A DNA stretch of 64,000 nt from the human T2T-CHM13v2.0 reference genome, Homo sapiens. Shown here piece after piece: positions 13,510 to 25,050 of this stretch. A program made the position numbers and the translations under genes. Within the stretch, counting starts at the first letter, position 1. The number at the start of each line of letters is the position of its first letter. The notes under the pieces are model-generated. The model saw only the letters and a list, made by a program, of their open reading frames with translations. It was not told the DNA's origin and searched no databases. The stretch is taken from the NCBI RefSeq assembly GCF_009914755.1, contig NC_060934.1. One strand, written 5' to 3'.

Positions 13510-14648
13510 GTGGAGGAGAGGATCTGGTTCTCACACTCTCATGCTTCAGATGATGACTGCCCTGGTTTTCCTCTTCTTTCCTTTCCTTCTCCTGTTCAGT
13601 CTCTTCTGTTGTTCCTGCTTCCTCTTTCATCAACCATTGATGTTTTTCAGTCTCCCTCCAGGACCTTATGTTCTCACTCTACACACTTTCCCTGTGCAAT
13701 GTCACCTACTGTTTTGGCTTTATTTTCAATCTGTATATTGAAGACTCCCAAGTCTTTATCACCAGCCTGAATACTCTTGGGACCCATATATTAAATATCC
13801 TCTGGACTATCTTCCCTAGGATGTCTTTCAGGCATTGAAAACTGAAGAAGTCTGAAATGAAACTCATCTTCCTTCTGAAGCTGTTTTACTCTCAGCTTTC
13901 CCTAACTCTGTTAATAGACCCTGAATAGGGTCTAGACCCTGGAGTATTCCTTCATTCTTACTTTCCTTTATCAGCCCATTTTCTTCACTCCCTTTCCAAA
14001 TACCCAATAAGGATCTATGTTCAGCTGGTTCTATTTTACAAACCCTTGTCCAATCAATCTGTTTCTCTACATTCCCTCTGCTACCACCCTCATCAGGCTA
14101 CCCCTAACTCTTATGAAATGATTTTGATGACCTCCTAACTTATGCTTCTGCCCATAGTGTTCTCCTCCCATCTGGTCTCCAAAACCCTTTACAGAGATTA
14201 AAAAAAGAGTCATTTCACATCATTGCATAAAAAAATTTTCTATAACTCCCCAATATCTTTAGGATAAAGTGCTTCTCCTTCCTGACACTACTTCCCCATG
14301 AGATATAACCAAGTTGAACCTTATGCCTTCTCTCATTTACATAGTTTATTGTGCATCTATTCTCTGTGCCTGGACCACACTCTTCTCCACCATCCAATCA
14401 CAGCTGAAATGACGCCTCCTTAGAGAGACATTTGCTGGTTTCTATAAAAATGTTAGGTCTCCCTGAACTTTCTCCGTCATGATCATTCAACATTTTACCA
14501 TACATACTTGCTTAATGCCTTTATACTTTTTTTAAGAGTACGTTTTGTGATACTGAGGACAGTTTTGGTCTTGTCAACCACTATATTTCCAGTGCTTACT
14601 TAGTGCAGTGCCTCACACATAGTGTACACTCAATAAATGATGATTTAA
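13510..14648 (+). mobile_element. L2 3' portion
   Basis: L2 motifs (gaagactcccaagtctttatc, tctgaaatgaaactcatctt) and the 3' end cagtgcctcacacatagtgtacactcaataaat. Confidence 0.75.
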
Positions 14649-15179
14649 ATTTATGATTGAAGAACGATTAATTACATGTGTTGGTAGACATAAGATAGGC
14701 AAAAAATAAGACAGGAACACTAGGTTGTTTTCTTAAAAACGTGGATGGAGTCATGTTGATTCACCGATTTTAGTTTTTCTGTGATTCATGCTATGCATTT
14801 CTGAGATGTCAGGTTGATGGAGTAGTTGTTTTGTCTCTGACCTTGGAGCAGAATGGGACAGTAGTTTCACTGGTGCTAAAACCCATGACCTTATCCTTAT
14901 TAGCACATCTCTGTAAGGAGACTAGTGTTAACATGAAGCTATCAATTTTTAACAACTGTAACTTATGTAAAATTTGGTAAACTATATGCAGGAAACCATT
15001 CCCATATGGGGGGTTAACAAATGATTTTTGATGAGTACTATTATTATTGCCCAATTTTAATAAACTGCAGGGAAAGTTTCAAGAGTCCCTGATATAACAA
15101 CTATTTTACTAAGTTAATGTTTTTTCTTCTCTACTCTATGGTGCCTGCCAAAAGTGTGAGTAAAAAATCTGGATTACGA

Positions 15180-15380
15180 GGCATTTATTGGGTAAACAGC
15201 ATTTCATTTTTACACAAACGTTGACATTAATTAAGTCTTCCAACATCTGGGATGTAGGTAAGTGTTCTGCTAATTTTACAGAGGAGGAAATGAAATCACA
15301 GCGGACTGGCAGCTTGCCAAGGTCACTGAACAAGTTAGTGTCAGGACTGGGAGTACTACTCAGGAATTTTTGGCTGTGAA
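15180..15380 (-). mobile_element. MIR
   Basis: ttttacagaggaggaaatgaa...cttgccaaggtcac core. Confidence 0.7.
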
Positions 15381-15884
15381 TCTTCTTTTCAACAAAAGTA
15401 ACTCATAAGGAAAAAGCATATTGGGAATATATTCCTGTTTTTATGGTTCCTATCAAACCTGGAAGGCCCAGTAATCTCGTGAGAATTTCTTTTTTCAATC
15501 TCAATTTTATGAGTGAGTGTACCCTAGTAAGAATCACATATCCATTTACAATGTCATTCACTCATGTGGATCAGAATTTTGAAAAATCTGTTTACTATCC
15601 ATTGCTTTTTTCTCTTCATCTTATCTCTTTTTTTCTTTAAGAATTTCAGTCCACGAAGCCTAACCCTTTAAAAAATTATTGTGATTATAAAATGAAAGGC
15701 ATCCTAGCCTAACCAAATAAATGTCACACTTTGTATTTTTAAACACAATTTTATAATATGTGCTGGTTTGTTATATTGTGTAAATCAAAAATATAAGAAA
15801 ATGCTTACCCATTTTTGAAAGATAAATGCACCACAATTTCTTAAAAATGTATAGTGCAAGACCTAGGCAATGATTCTAGGATAG

Positions 15885-16135
15885 GTAGAATGATTAGGAG
15901 CCTAGACTCTGGTGCTAGGAAGCCTGTTTCAGTTCCACTTCTGCCACTGATATGCCAAGTGACCCCAGGAAAATCTTTTAACCTTTTGGTGCTTCAGTAT
16001 TTTCATCTGTAAAATAGGAATAATAGCAGCGTTCACCTCATGGGTTATTGCAAGGATTTAGTGAGTTTGTCCATATATGACTTAGAAAGGTGCCTGGCAC
16101 ACAGTTACGGGACACAATTATCAGTTACTAAAATT
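15885..16135 (+). mobile_element. MIR, near full length
   Basis: tagactctgg...cttcagtattttcatctgtaaaataggaataatag...cctcatgggttattgcaaggatt...gtgcctggcaca. Confidence 0.85.
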
Positions 16136-16419
16136 ATTTGAGGTATAATTGTCATACAGATTGAGCATCCCTAATAAAGAAAAATCTGAAACCCAAAATG
16201 CTCCAAAATCTGACACTTCTTGAGCACCAACATGACTCCACAGGTGGAACCCTCTGCAGCTGACATCATGTGATAGGTCACGGTCAAAACTGTTTTATGC
16301 ACAAATTTATTTAAAATATTGTATAAAATTTCCTTCATGCTATCTGTGTAAACTGCATATGAAACATAACTGAATTTTGTGTTTAGATTTGGGTCCCATC
16401 CCCAAGATATCTCATTATT

Positions 16420-16940
16420 CATAGTCATGCACCATATAATGAAGTTTCAGTCAATGATGGACTGCTTATTCGATAGTGGCCCCATAAGATTATAATACCA
16501 TATTTTCACTGTATTGTTTCTATTTCTAGATACATTTAAATACACAAGTACTTACCATTGTGCTCCAGTTGCCTATAGTATTCAGTATACTCGCATGCTG
16601 CACAGGTTTGTAGCCTAAGATGAATGGGTTGTACCATACAGCTTAGTGTGTAGTGGCCTCTACCATCTAGATTTGTGTAAGTTCACTCTATGATGTTTGC
16701 AGAAAGACAAAACCACCTAATGACGCATTTCTAAGAATGTATTCATTATTAATTAACACATAACATATATACATACACATACACACATGCACGTGCACAC
16801 ACACACACACATACACACAGTATTAGTTTGCTAACCCGTCTAAGTTTGTGTAAGTAACTGTATGATGTTTTCACAGTGATGAGATCTCCTAATGACGATT
16901 TCTTAAAATGTATGCCCGCCATTACATGACACATGACCAC
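16420..16940 (+). mobile_element. Tigger3a (MER7/Golem type) plus a second copy of its 3' end, separated by (CA)n
   Basis: tagtcatgcaccatataatgaagtttcagtcaatgatggac...cctaatgacgcatttctaagaatgtat to ~16765. The 3' ~105 bp recur at ~16835-16940. Confidence 0.82.
16766..16819 (+). repeat. (CA/TA)n microsatellite
   Basis: atatatacatacacatacacacatgcacgtgcacacacacacacacatacacaca. Confidence 0.85.
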
Positions 16941-18647
16941 ATATGCAAATATTCCAGAATCCAAAACCATCGAAATTTGCAATGCTTCTGGTCCCAAGCA
17001 TATAAGGGATACTCGACCTGTATTCTGTATTTCTGAAACCAGTCTTAGATAAATGTTAAATATGACATAGAACACATTAAGTGCCAAAGGAAAAAAAATG
17101 TGTTGTTAGGAGAGAGAGAGGCAGTTTGGCAGAAGGCCAGATTCCCATTTGTAGCTTATTTCTGTAACATTTCCACAAACTTCCCTTGAGTGCAATGAAA
17201 AACTGTGTAAAGCGATACTGCTGGCTTTAAATGAACCCACAACACAAGGGAATTCTTACAGTCAGATTGAAGAGGCTGGCCAAGGATGTTCAGCTACTTT
17301 TCCCTCACAAGAATGAATACAGGCAAATGTGGCCATATCGTTTTTAGCATATTTTAAAATTGCTCTCAGACATTAGGCAATTTTGCTAAGCATTTGCCAA
17401 GGGAACAGCAAGCTTGGCTGTGCTTTACATTTTATGGAGCTTCATGAAAGCTGGTATTTGAGGAGGAGCAGCCTTTATTCTATCTCTTCGGAGATAGAGA
17501 TAGCTGTCTAATAGCGCCCCTTGATAAGCAAGAAAATATTTGTAGGGTGTATGCTTTAAAGGTGCCACTAGTTGTCCAAAAGCAGTATTTAAGGAAGAGA
17601 AAGCATACTCTTTGATAGAGTAGTCATCTACAGGCTTAATAGTTGAAAACACAATTCCAAATTTGGGGTTGCTATGAAATTTTAGATAGTGTGTGTATTT
17701 TAGACAGTGTGTGTAACTGAGTGTTTTCAGTGTAGATAATCATGTAAAAACTTCTATCATATAGACATAAATCAAAATCATTTGATTTTTAATATCAGGG
17801 ACAGGTTAGCTATTGGCCCCTCAAGTTTTTACATTTCCATACAAGAGTTGTGCAAAACATGGATTTTAGTGATGTAGAACACAGAGTGCTTGGGAGTGTT
17901 CGGTGGGGGGAAAAAGGCATCACTCATCAAACTGAAATGCAGTTGGTGATTGTGACACAGAGCTCTATCTTGATAAATTGTGGTTTCCTAGTTTTACAGA
18001 GCCACAAAAAACCTGGAAACCACTTTGCTCTACTCAGCATTCATTTTACGGCTGTACAATTTCCAACAAAATTTTCCCCAGACATGGAAACTTAGGTAAT
18101 AAATTAGGAACCTCTTGAATTATCCCATGCTATCTTCTCTGGGATTTTGCTTGTCATACTTCACTTTTGAGATGAAAAACCCTACTTGTGAAACTTCTGG
18201 TAAGTGGATTTGTGCTTTCAAAGAGCAGTTCAGAAAATACAATAGCTTTTCCAAATATGCCAATAGAAAAAACCTTTTAACAGCTGTATGCAATTTTTAG
18301 GAAGGAAGCATTATTTCAGCATTTTAAGCACTACCCAAACCTTTTAGTCACTTTGCAAGTAAAGTTTAACTAAATGCAGTGGGATATAAGAGGATAATTA
18401 GAGTACATCTTATCTCTTCATGTAGTCAAATATAAGAAGATCGTCACTGGATATTATTTTGTCAGCCATTAGATTCTGTGCAGCCTAAAACATAAAACTC
18501 CTTTAAGACTTTTTTGCTAATTTAATTCAGTTCTTTTTTTCAATAATCATGTCTAATTAGTTAAATATGCATAGGAAATCCAAACTTTAGTTGAAAATCT
18601 GACCCTATTTAGAGTTAACTCCATTCTCTTAGGAATGCAGAATTTAA

Positions 18648-18812
18648 GCAGGGTCTCAAGAGCCATCTTTCTTGAAATTCATACAATAATTTTGGTGGTC
18701 CTTGGAGCAGCAAGAGTTTCTTGGAAATTCAGGATCTTGGGCCCCACTCTGGATTTCCTGAATCAGAATCTCTGTTACAACAAGACCCCCACTGAAGTTT
18801 AAGACCTGCTTT
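18648..18812. mobile_element. MER5-type hAT MITE remnant
   Basis: tgggccccactctggatttcctgaatcagaatctctg ... aagtttaagacctgct. Confidence 0.55.
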
Positions 18813-18814
18813 AA

Positions 18815-18885
18815 GTGTCCAGCACCTAGAAGAGTGACTGGCTCATAATAGGTGCTCAATAAATGTGTTGGTTGGCTGGCTGACT
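18815..18885 (+). mobile_element. L2 3' terminal fragment
   Basis: ccagcacctagaagagtgactggctcataataggtgctcaataaatgtgttg. Confidence 0.7.
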
Positions 18886-19975
18886 ACATAAATAAATGAT
18901 TTCATGGGAAACTGGCCAACAGCAACATGCTTCAATGAAAAATTTTAATCAGTGCATAAAACTTGGTATTCTAACCTGAGGTCACTTAAGTAGGTGCAAT
19001 GTTAATTCCTAATCAAAAGGACAGGTATTTAAAGCCATCTCATCATGAACGCAGCAAGATTTCTTTCAGAGTCTGAGACGAGAATCATTTTCTAATGATT
19101 CCAGGAGGAAGGAAAGAACTCTAGCTTGACTTTAAGAGGTATCTCTAAGAACAATGTTTAGAATTTTAATCATTATGATTGTAAAATTGAACATTGGCAC
19201 TCTTTCAGTGTGGCTTTTTCTGCCATGGGTGGTGATAAATTCTTACATAGATGATTTCATGATAATCAGTGCAGTAAATGAACATTATGATGTTGTATTG
19301 GCCTGTAATTTGAAATAAGTCTCCTAGATATCCTTTAGTAAGGCACATGCTTTGAGCAGCTTTTCCTATGGGGACAACCTGTGTGCACCAACCCAAGCCT
19401 CCTCTTCCAACCACCCTCTCTTTGACACATAGTCAAACTGGGGTACAGTCTGGGTGTGGGGCAGAACGCAAGCCCACTGAGCCCTATGGGAGTCAGACCC
19501 ATGACCCAGCCCTCAGTGACATAGGACTCCAGCTAGCCTCACACTCTGGCTACACTGTATACCAAATGAAAAGTTATTCTCTGGGGCATGGTAAAGGGAC
19601 ATGGGTGGTGTGTGTCATGGAGGATATGAAACAGTACACACCACTAAACACTCTTGTGAAGAACCATTGTCCTCAAAGACAGTAGAATCAATCAGTGATT
19701 CTCAAGAAGACGTAATAAATCACCAGGCTGCCCCATATGGCATGACAAAATGCTTGTGATTAAGAACATTTATTGATTGTATAACAACTAAGATGACTCT
19801 GATAAAATTTGCTTTTGTATGACAAATATTTTTTCCAATTTTTTTCTTTTCATAATAGTCATTTAATCCTATAGTAATTTCTTTGCTTAAAAATATAGGT
19901 TGTTGTGAGACTCATATAAAATAATTATATTATTATGCTATGCCCTTTCTGAAGCTGGATAGCCATAAGTTGTTA

Positions 19976-20305
<330 letters not shown>

Positions 20306-20404
20306 TTATCTTTTCTGGATGTTAAACAAAATAAAAATAAGACAAAACACATAACATATAGCCTAGATGCCCCAATGCATAGCTTTTAAGTAAAATGAAG
20401 TGTT

Positions 20405-21657
20405 TTGCATTTCTCTAGTGATCAGTGATGTTGAACATTTTTTCATGTGTTTATTGGCCGCATGTATGTCTGATTTTGAAAAGTATCTGTTCATGTTCTT
20501 TGACCTTTTTTTTAGTGGGGTTGCTTGGTTTTTTATTAGAAATTTGTTTAAGTTCCTTATAGATTCCAAATATTAGACCTTTGTTGGATCTGTAGTTTCC
20601 AAATATTTTCTCCCATTTGTAGCTTGTCTGTTTACTCTGTTGATAGTATCTTTCACTGTGCAGAAGCTCTTTAGTTTAATTAGGTCCCATATGTCAATTT
20701 TGTTTTTGTTGCACTTGTTTTTGGTATCTTTGTCATAAAATCTTTGCCAGGGTTCTATGTCCAGAATGGTATCTTCTAAGCTATCTTCCACAGTTTTTAT
20801 AATTTTAGGTTTCACATTTAAGTCTTTAATCCATCTTGAGTTGACTTTTGTGTATGGTATAAAGAAAACATCCAGTTTCAATCTTCCACATATGCCTAGT
20901 CAGTTATCTTAGTACCATTTGTTGAATAGGGAGTGTGAGATACCATCTCACACCAGTCAGAATGGCTATTATTAAAAAGTCAAAAGACCACAGATGCTGG
21001 TGAGGTTGTGGAGAAAAGGAAATACTTATACACACTGCTGGTGGGAATATGAATTAGTTCAGCCATTGTGGAAAGCAGTGTGGTGATTCCTCAAAGAACT
21101 TAAAATGGAATTACTATTTGACTCAGCAATCCCATCATTGGGTATATACCCAAAGGAATATCAATAATTATACCATAAAGACACATGCATGTGTATTTTC
21201 ATTGCAGCACTATTCACAATAGCAAGGACATGGAATTAGCCTAAATGCCCATTAAGGGTAGACTGGATAAAGAAAATGTGGAAGAGATACACCATGGAAT
21301 AAATACTATGCAGCCATGAAAAAGAATGAGATCATGTCCTTTGCAGCAACATGGGTGGAGCTGGAGGCTGTTATCCTAACCAAAAGAATGCAGGAACATA
21401 AAACCAGACACCGCATGTTCTTACTTATAAATGGGAGCTGAACAATGAAAATGCATGGACCCAAAGAAGGAAACAATATATACTGGGGCCTACTTGAGTG
21501 TGAAGAATGGGAGGAAGAAGAGGATCAGAAAAAAATACCTATCAGGTACTATACTTATTACCTGGGTGACAAAATTATCTGCTCACCAAATGCCTGTGAC
21601 ACACAGTTTACCTATATAATAAACTTGGACATATAACCCTGAACCTCAAAATTTAAA
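20405..21657 (+). mobile_element. 5'-inverted L1 (roughly L1PA15/16) with TSD
   Basis: Antisense ORF2 at 20405-~20934, then sense ORF2 end and 3'UTR at ~20935-21657. TSD aaaatgaagtgtt at 20392-20404 and 21658-21670. Confidence 0.93.
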
Positions 21658-21666
21658 AAAATGAAG

Positions 21667-22075
21667 TGTTAAAAGAAAATTTTTTTATAAATTAAATTTA
21701 GCGTGTTTATTTGAGCAAAGAATGATTCATGAATTGGACAGTAATCAGAACTAGGAAAGGTACTGGGAGCTCCAACCAGCAACATGGGGGCAGGGGCAGT
21801 ATTTATAGAAAAGAAATGTTCTACAGAAACAGCATGGTTGGTTACAGCTTGGAATTTGCCTTACTTAGGGATGGTGTGGTAAAGCATTTACCCTATATTG
21901 ACATGGTCTGATCAGCTGACAATCTGTGATCTGTGATTGGCCAAGACTCACCTGTTTGTTACAGGAATCAACTCTTCAGTTAGGCTGAAGTTTGTTTACA
22001 CACTGAGTTAGGTTGTAGTTTGCCATGGGAGGACTCAAAGTGGGAAGGCAGATTTAGGCCAAATTTAATTTAACA
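21667..22075 (-). mobile_element. ERV1 solo LTR (MER57/MER93-like)
   Basis: Termini tgttaaa...tttaaca; 4-bp TSD gaag on both sides; the minus strand begins tgttaaattaaatttggcctaaatctgcct. Confidence 0.85.
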
Positions 22076-22714
22076 GAAGTATTTAGCTTTGAATTTGATT
22101 CCCAAAATAAGATGATTGACTCTTTATCATATCATTACCACCATTACTTTTATTTTGTATACTTTGAAACGTTTTCAAATATTTTTGCATTTAAAACCTT
22201 TTTCATCTCCGTAACATCCCCTGATAGGACAGTCATTGTCCAATTTCACTAATGTAGAAAGTAAGACTCAGAAGTTTCATAATGATGAGGTAAATATAGA
22301 ATTCTATTTCCTTAACCATAGTGCTACTCATGTCTTTAAAGTATTTTTTATGCTTGCAGGGTGTTTACTTAAAAATAAATATAATACTAAAATTTATTTT
22401 TAGTTCCAGACTAAGTATCATAAAAATGATATAAATAAATTATCAATCACTACAAAATGTAGTTTATCAATGGAACATCTATTTGCAATATTCATACCCA
22501 TGACTGGTAACTATTAGATATATTTAGGAAATTATTCATTTTGGATAATGAGAAATTGAGGATTGAGGGCATATCTTTTCATTAATTAATGTCCATGTGC
22601 AAAACTTTTTTACACCCTGTTAGTGGTATACATTTTTGGCTCCATCTTTCTCCCACACCAGGTATTCCCCCAGCTCCGTAGCCAAGCTTCTGGAAAACAA
22701 CGGGCCTTAGCAGC

Positions 22715-23105
22715 TGCTATGGTTTGAATGCATCCCCTCCAAAATTCAGATGTTAAAACTTAATGGCCAATGGGATAACATTAAGAGGGGAGGTCTTCAA
22801 GAGGTGTGTAGGCCATGAGGACCCTCTCTCATGAATAGGGTTAAAACCCTTACAAAAGAAGCTTCATACAGCATTCAGCCTTCTTGCCCTCCTGCCTTCT
22901 GCATGTGAGAAGACAGTGTTCCTCCCCTCTGGAAGATGCAACAAGGCACCATCTTAGAAACAGAGATGAGCCTTCACCAGACACCAAACCTGGCAGTGTC
23001 TTGATATTGGACTTCCCAGCCTCCAGAACTGTGAGAAATAAATTTCTGTTATTTATAAATGGCTTATTCTTGAGTATTTTGTTATAGCACAGATGGACTA
23101 AGATA
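22715..23105 (+). mobile_element. MaLR solo LTR (MSTC/MLT1A-like)
   Basis: tgctatggtttgaatg...ggacttcccagcctccagaactgtgagaaataaatttctg...gactaagata. Confidence 0.9.
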
Positions 23106-23109
23106 GAGG

Positions 23110-23350
23110 CAATCACTGCATTTACTCAGCATTGTCATGTGCCAGCCTTTGCTCAGCTCTTTTGATACATCATTTCAGTTAATGCTCACAACATCTCCAT
23201 AGAGAAGGCATGAAGATTTTTTTCATTTTTATAGAAGATAAAACTAAAGCTTAGCAAGGAAAGTGGCATGTGCAAAGCTTCTTGGCTGTTAGATGTCAGA
23301 CTGAGGTCAATGCTTGAACCTAGTCTTTCTGATGTCAAAGCTTCTGTCTC
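23110..23350 (-). mobile_element. MIR
   Basis: cattttatagaagataaaactaaagcttag...ttgaacctagtctttctgatgtcaaagc. Confidence 0.65.
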
Positions 23351-23559
23351 ATTCTCTTTATATTGCTGTTTTCCTACAGTAGATCCACAAAGAGATGAAA
23401 CTTAAAAACACACCTCACAGTTTCAGACATGAGGAGGTTTTAGGTTCATTTATATCCATTCTGAATTGGGGAGAAAATAATATACTTGGTGAATATTTTC
23501 CAGGTCCAAAGCCAAATGCATTCATTTTAGAATAGAATCATCAATGGAAGTTGTCCACA

Positions 23560-23900
23560 TAGCATTTGTTGGGGACCTGTTGTACTATCGGCTTGGGCTA
23601 GGTATATAAAAAGCTACAAAAAAGAATAAGACAGCCCCTGGCTTATTGTCTAAGAGAGGAGACACATATGTTAATGAATAAAGCAATAAATATTATGATT
23701 TTAAATAAGAAAACAAAGGGCTATAGAAAGAGGAGAAGTGATTAACTTTGCTTGGGGCATCCTGGGATACTTTAGAGGAAAGATGAAACTTTAACTGTGT
23801 ATTTAAGGATAAAGAGGAATTTCCAGGGCAGATAAATAAAGTGGGGTTAGGTTGACAGATTGGCATGCACACAATCTGATGTTCTCAAAAGATGGTGAAT
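23560..23900 (-). mobile_element. L2 fragment
   Basis: gcatttgttggggacctgttgtacta...gaataagacagcccctg...tttaaggataaagaggaatttccagggcaga. Confidence 0.55.
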
Positions 23901-24317
23901 AGAGAAGACTGGAGTAGCTTAACCCCAGAAGGATTGAGCTTCATTCCACCTTTACAGACAATTCACAGACAATTTATCTAAACAGTCTAGGTATGGTTAA
24001 TTTGTAAAAAAGGAAAAGTACATTTTGATTTGGGGGATGGACTTGTTGGGAAAGCAGGATCAGTACATGGATAGGGGATGGGAACGATGAAGGTCCTTGA
24101 CTAACGATGGGGCTATTGGGCAGAAACTCTTGGCCTTTGAAAATCACCCAGGGAGATGGCAGTAGCTGGTGCCAATTCCTGAGATGTAATAACAGGATTA
24201 ATCTGATTCTTGTAGATATTCTCTCTTACTTTTAATGTATGGATGATTTCCTCTGTTTGAGTACATTTCATATTTGAGCCTCACACCTGTCCCATTAAAG
24301 ATCTCTAAAGAGGGGGG

Positions 24318-24718
24318 TGTCTTAGTTCATTTTATGCTGCTATGACAAAACACCATAGACTGGGTAATTTATAGAGAGCAGAAATTTATTCTTTCAAAAT
24401 TCTGGGAACTGGGAAGTCCAAAATTAAGGCACAGGCAGGTTAGGGCCTTAGGGCCTGGTCTGTCTGCTTTCCAGATAGAGACTTGAATCATGCATTCTCT
24501 GGAGAGGAGGAATATTTTATCCTCACATGGCAGGAGAGCAGGAGAAAATCCCCACTCTTGCAAGTCCTTTTCATAGCAGCATTAATCCATTCACAAGAGA
24601 AGAGCCCTCATGACATAAACACCTTCCATTAGGTCTCAGCTCCCAGTGCTGTCGCCTTAAGAATTAAGTTTGGAGATTAACAAGTTTTGGAGGGGACAAA
24701 AACATCCAAACCATAGAA
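24318..24718 (-). mobile_element. MaLR solo LTR (MST/MLT1A-like)
   Basis: tgtcttagttcattttatgctgctat...ggaggggacaaaaacatccaaaccatag. Confidence 0.9.
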
Positions 24719-24829
24719 AGGAGGAAAAGTTCAGGGGACCTGAGAAAGGTAAGCTTTTGCTCAATTCCTTTCCTCCATATGACTTCATAAGACTTGATTT
24801 ATTAATGTAAATTAATATTAATTATAGTT

Positions 24830-25050
24830 ATAATAATAATGGTACCAATATCTGTCGGATGCTGGAGACATCTGGGCTAAACTCTCTATTGAATCATTTC
24901 ATAAGATTCTCTTAGCAACCCCATAACATGGTGCTGCATTTACCTCCTGTTTCCTGTGAAATTGAGTCATAGAGAGGTTAAGAAACATGTTCAAATTATG
25001 CAGTTTGTCAGGAACAGAGCTGAGATTTGCGCTCAAGCCTGATGGAGAGT
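24830..25050 (-). mobile_element. MIR
   Basis: gaaattgagtcatagagaggttaagaaacatgttcaa...agagctgagatttg. Confidence 0.65.

Larger units (their letters stand above)
16157..17020 (+). mobile_element. Tigger4/Zombi-type MITE with nested Tigger3 sequence
   Basis: TIRs cagattgagcatccct (16157) and agggatactcgacctg (ending 17020), both flanked by TA. The body is split at ~16419-16940. Strand is nominal. Confidence 0.85.

Noticed and set aside
22715-24718. Two MaLR LTRs as the ends of one provirus
   Set aside because: They are in opposite orientation, and the interval holds MIR/L2 remnants rather than an internal MaLR region.
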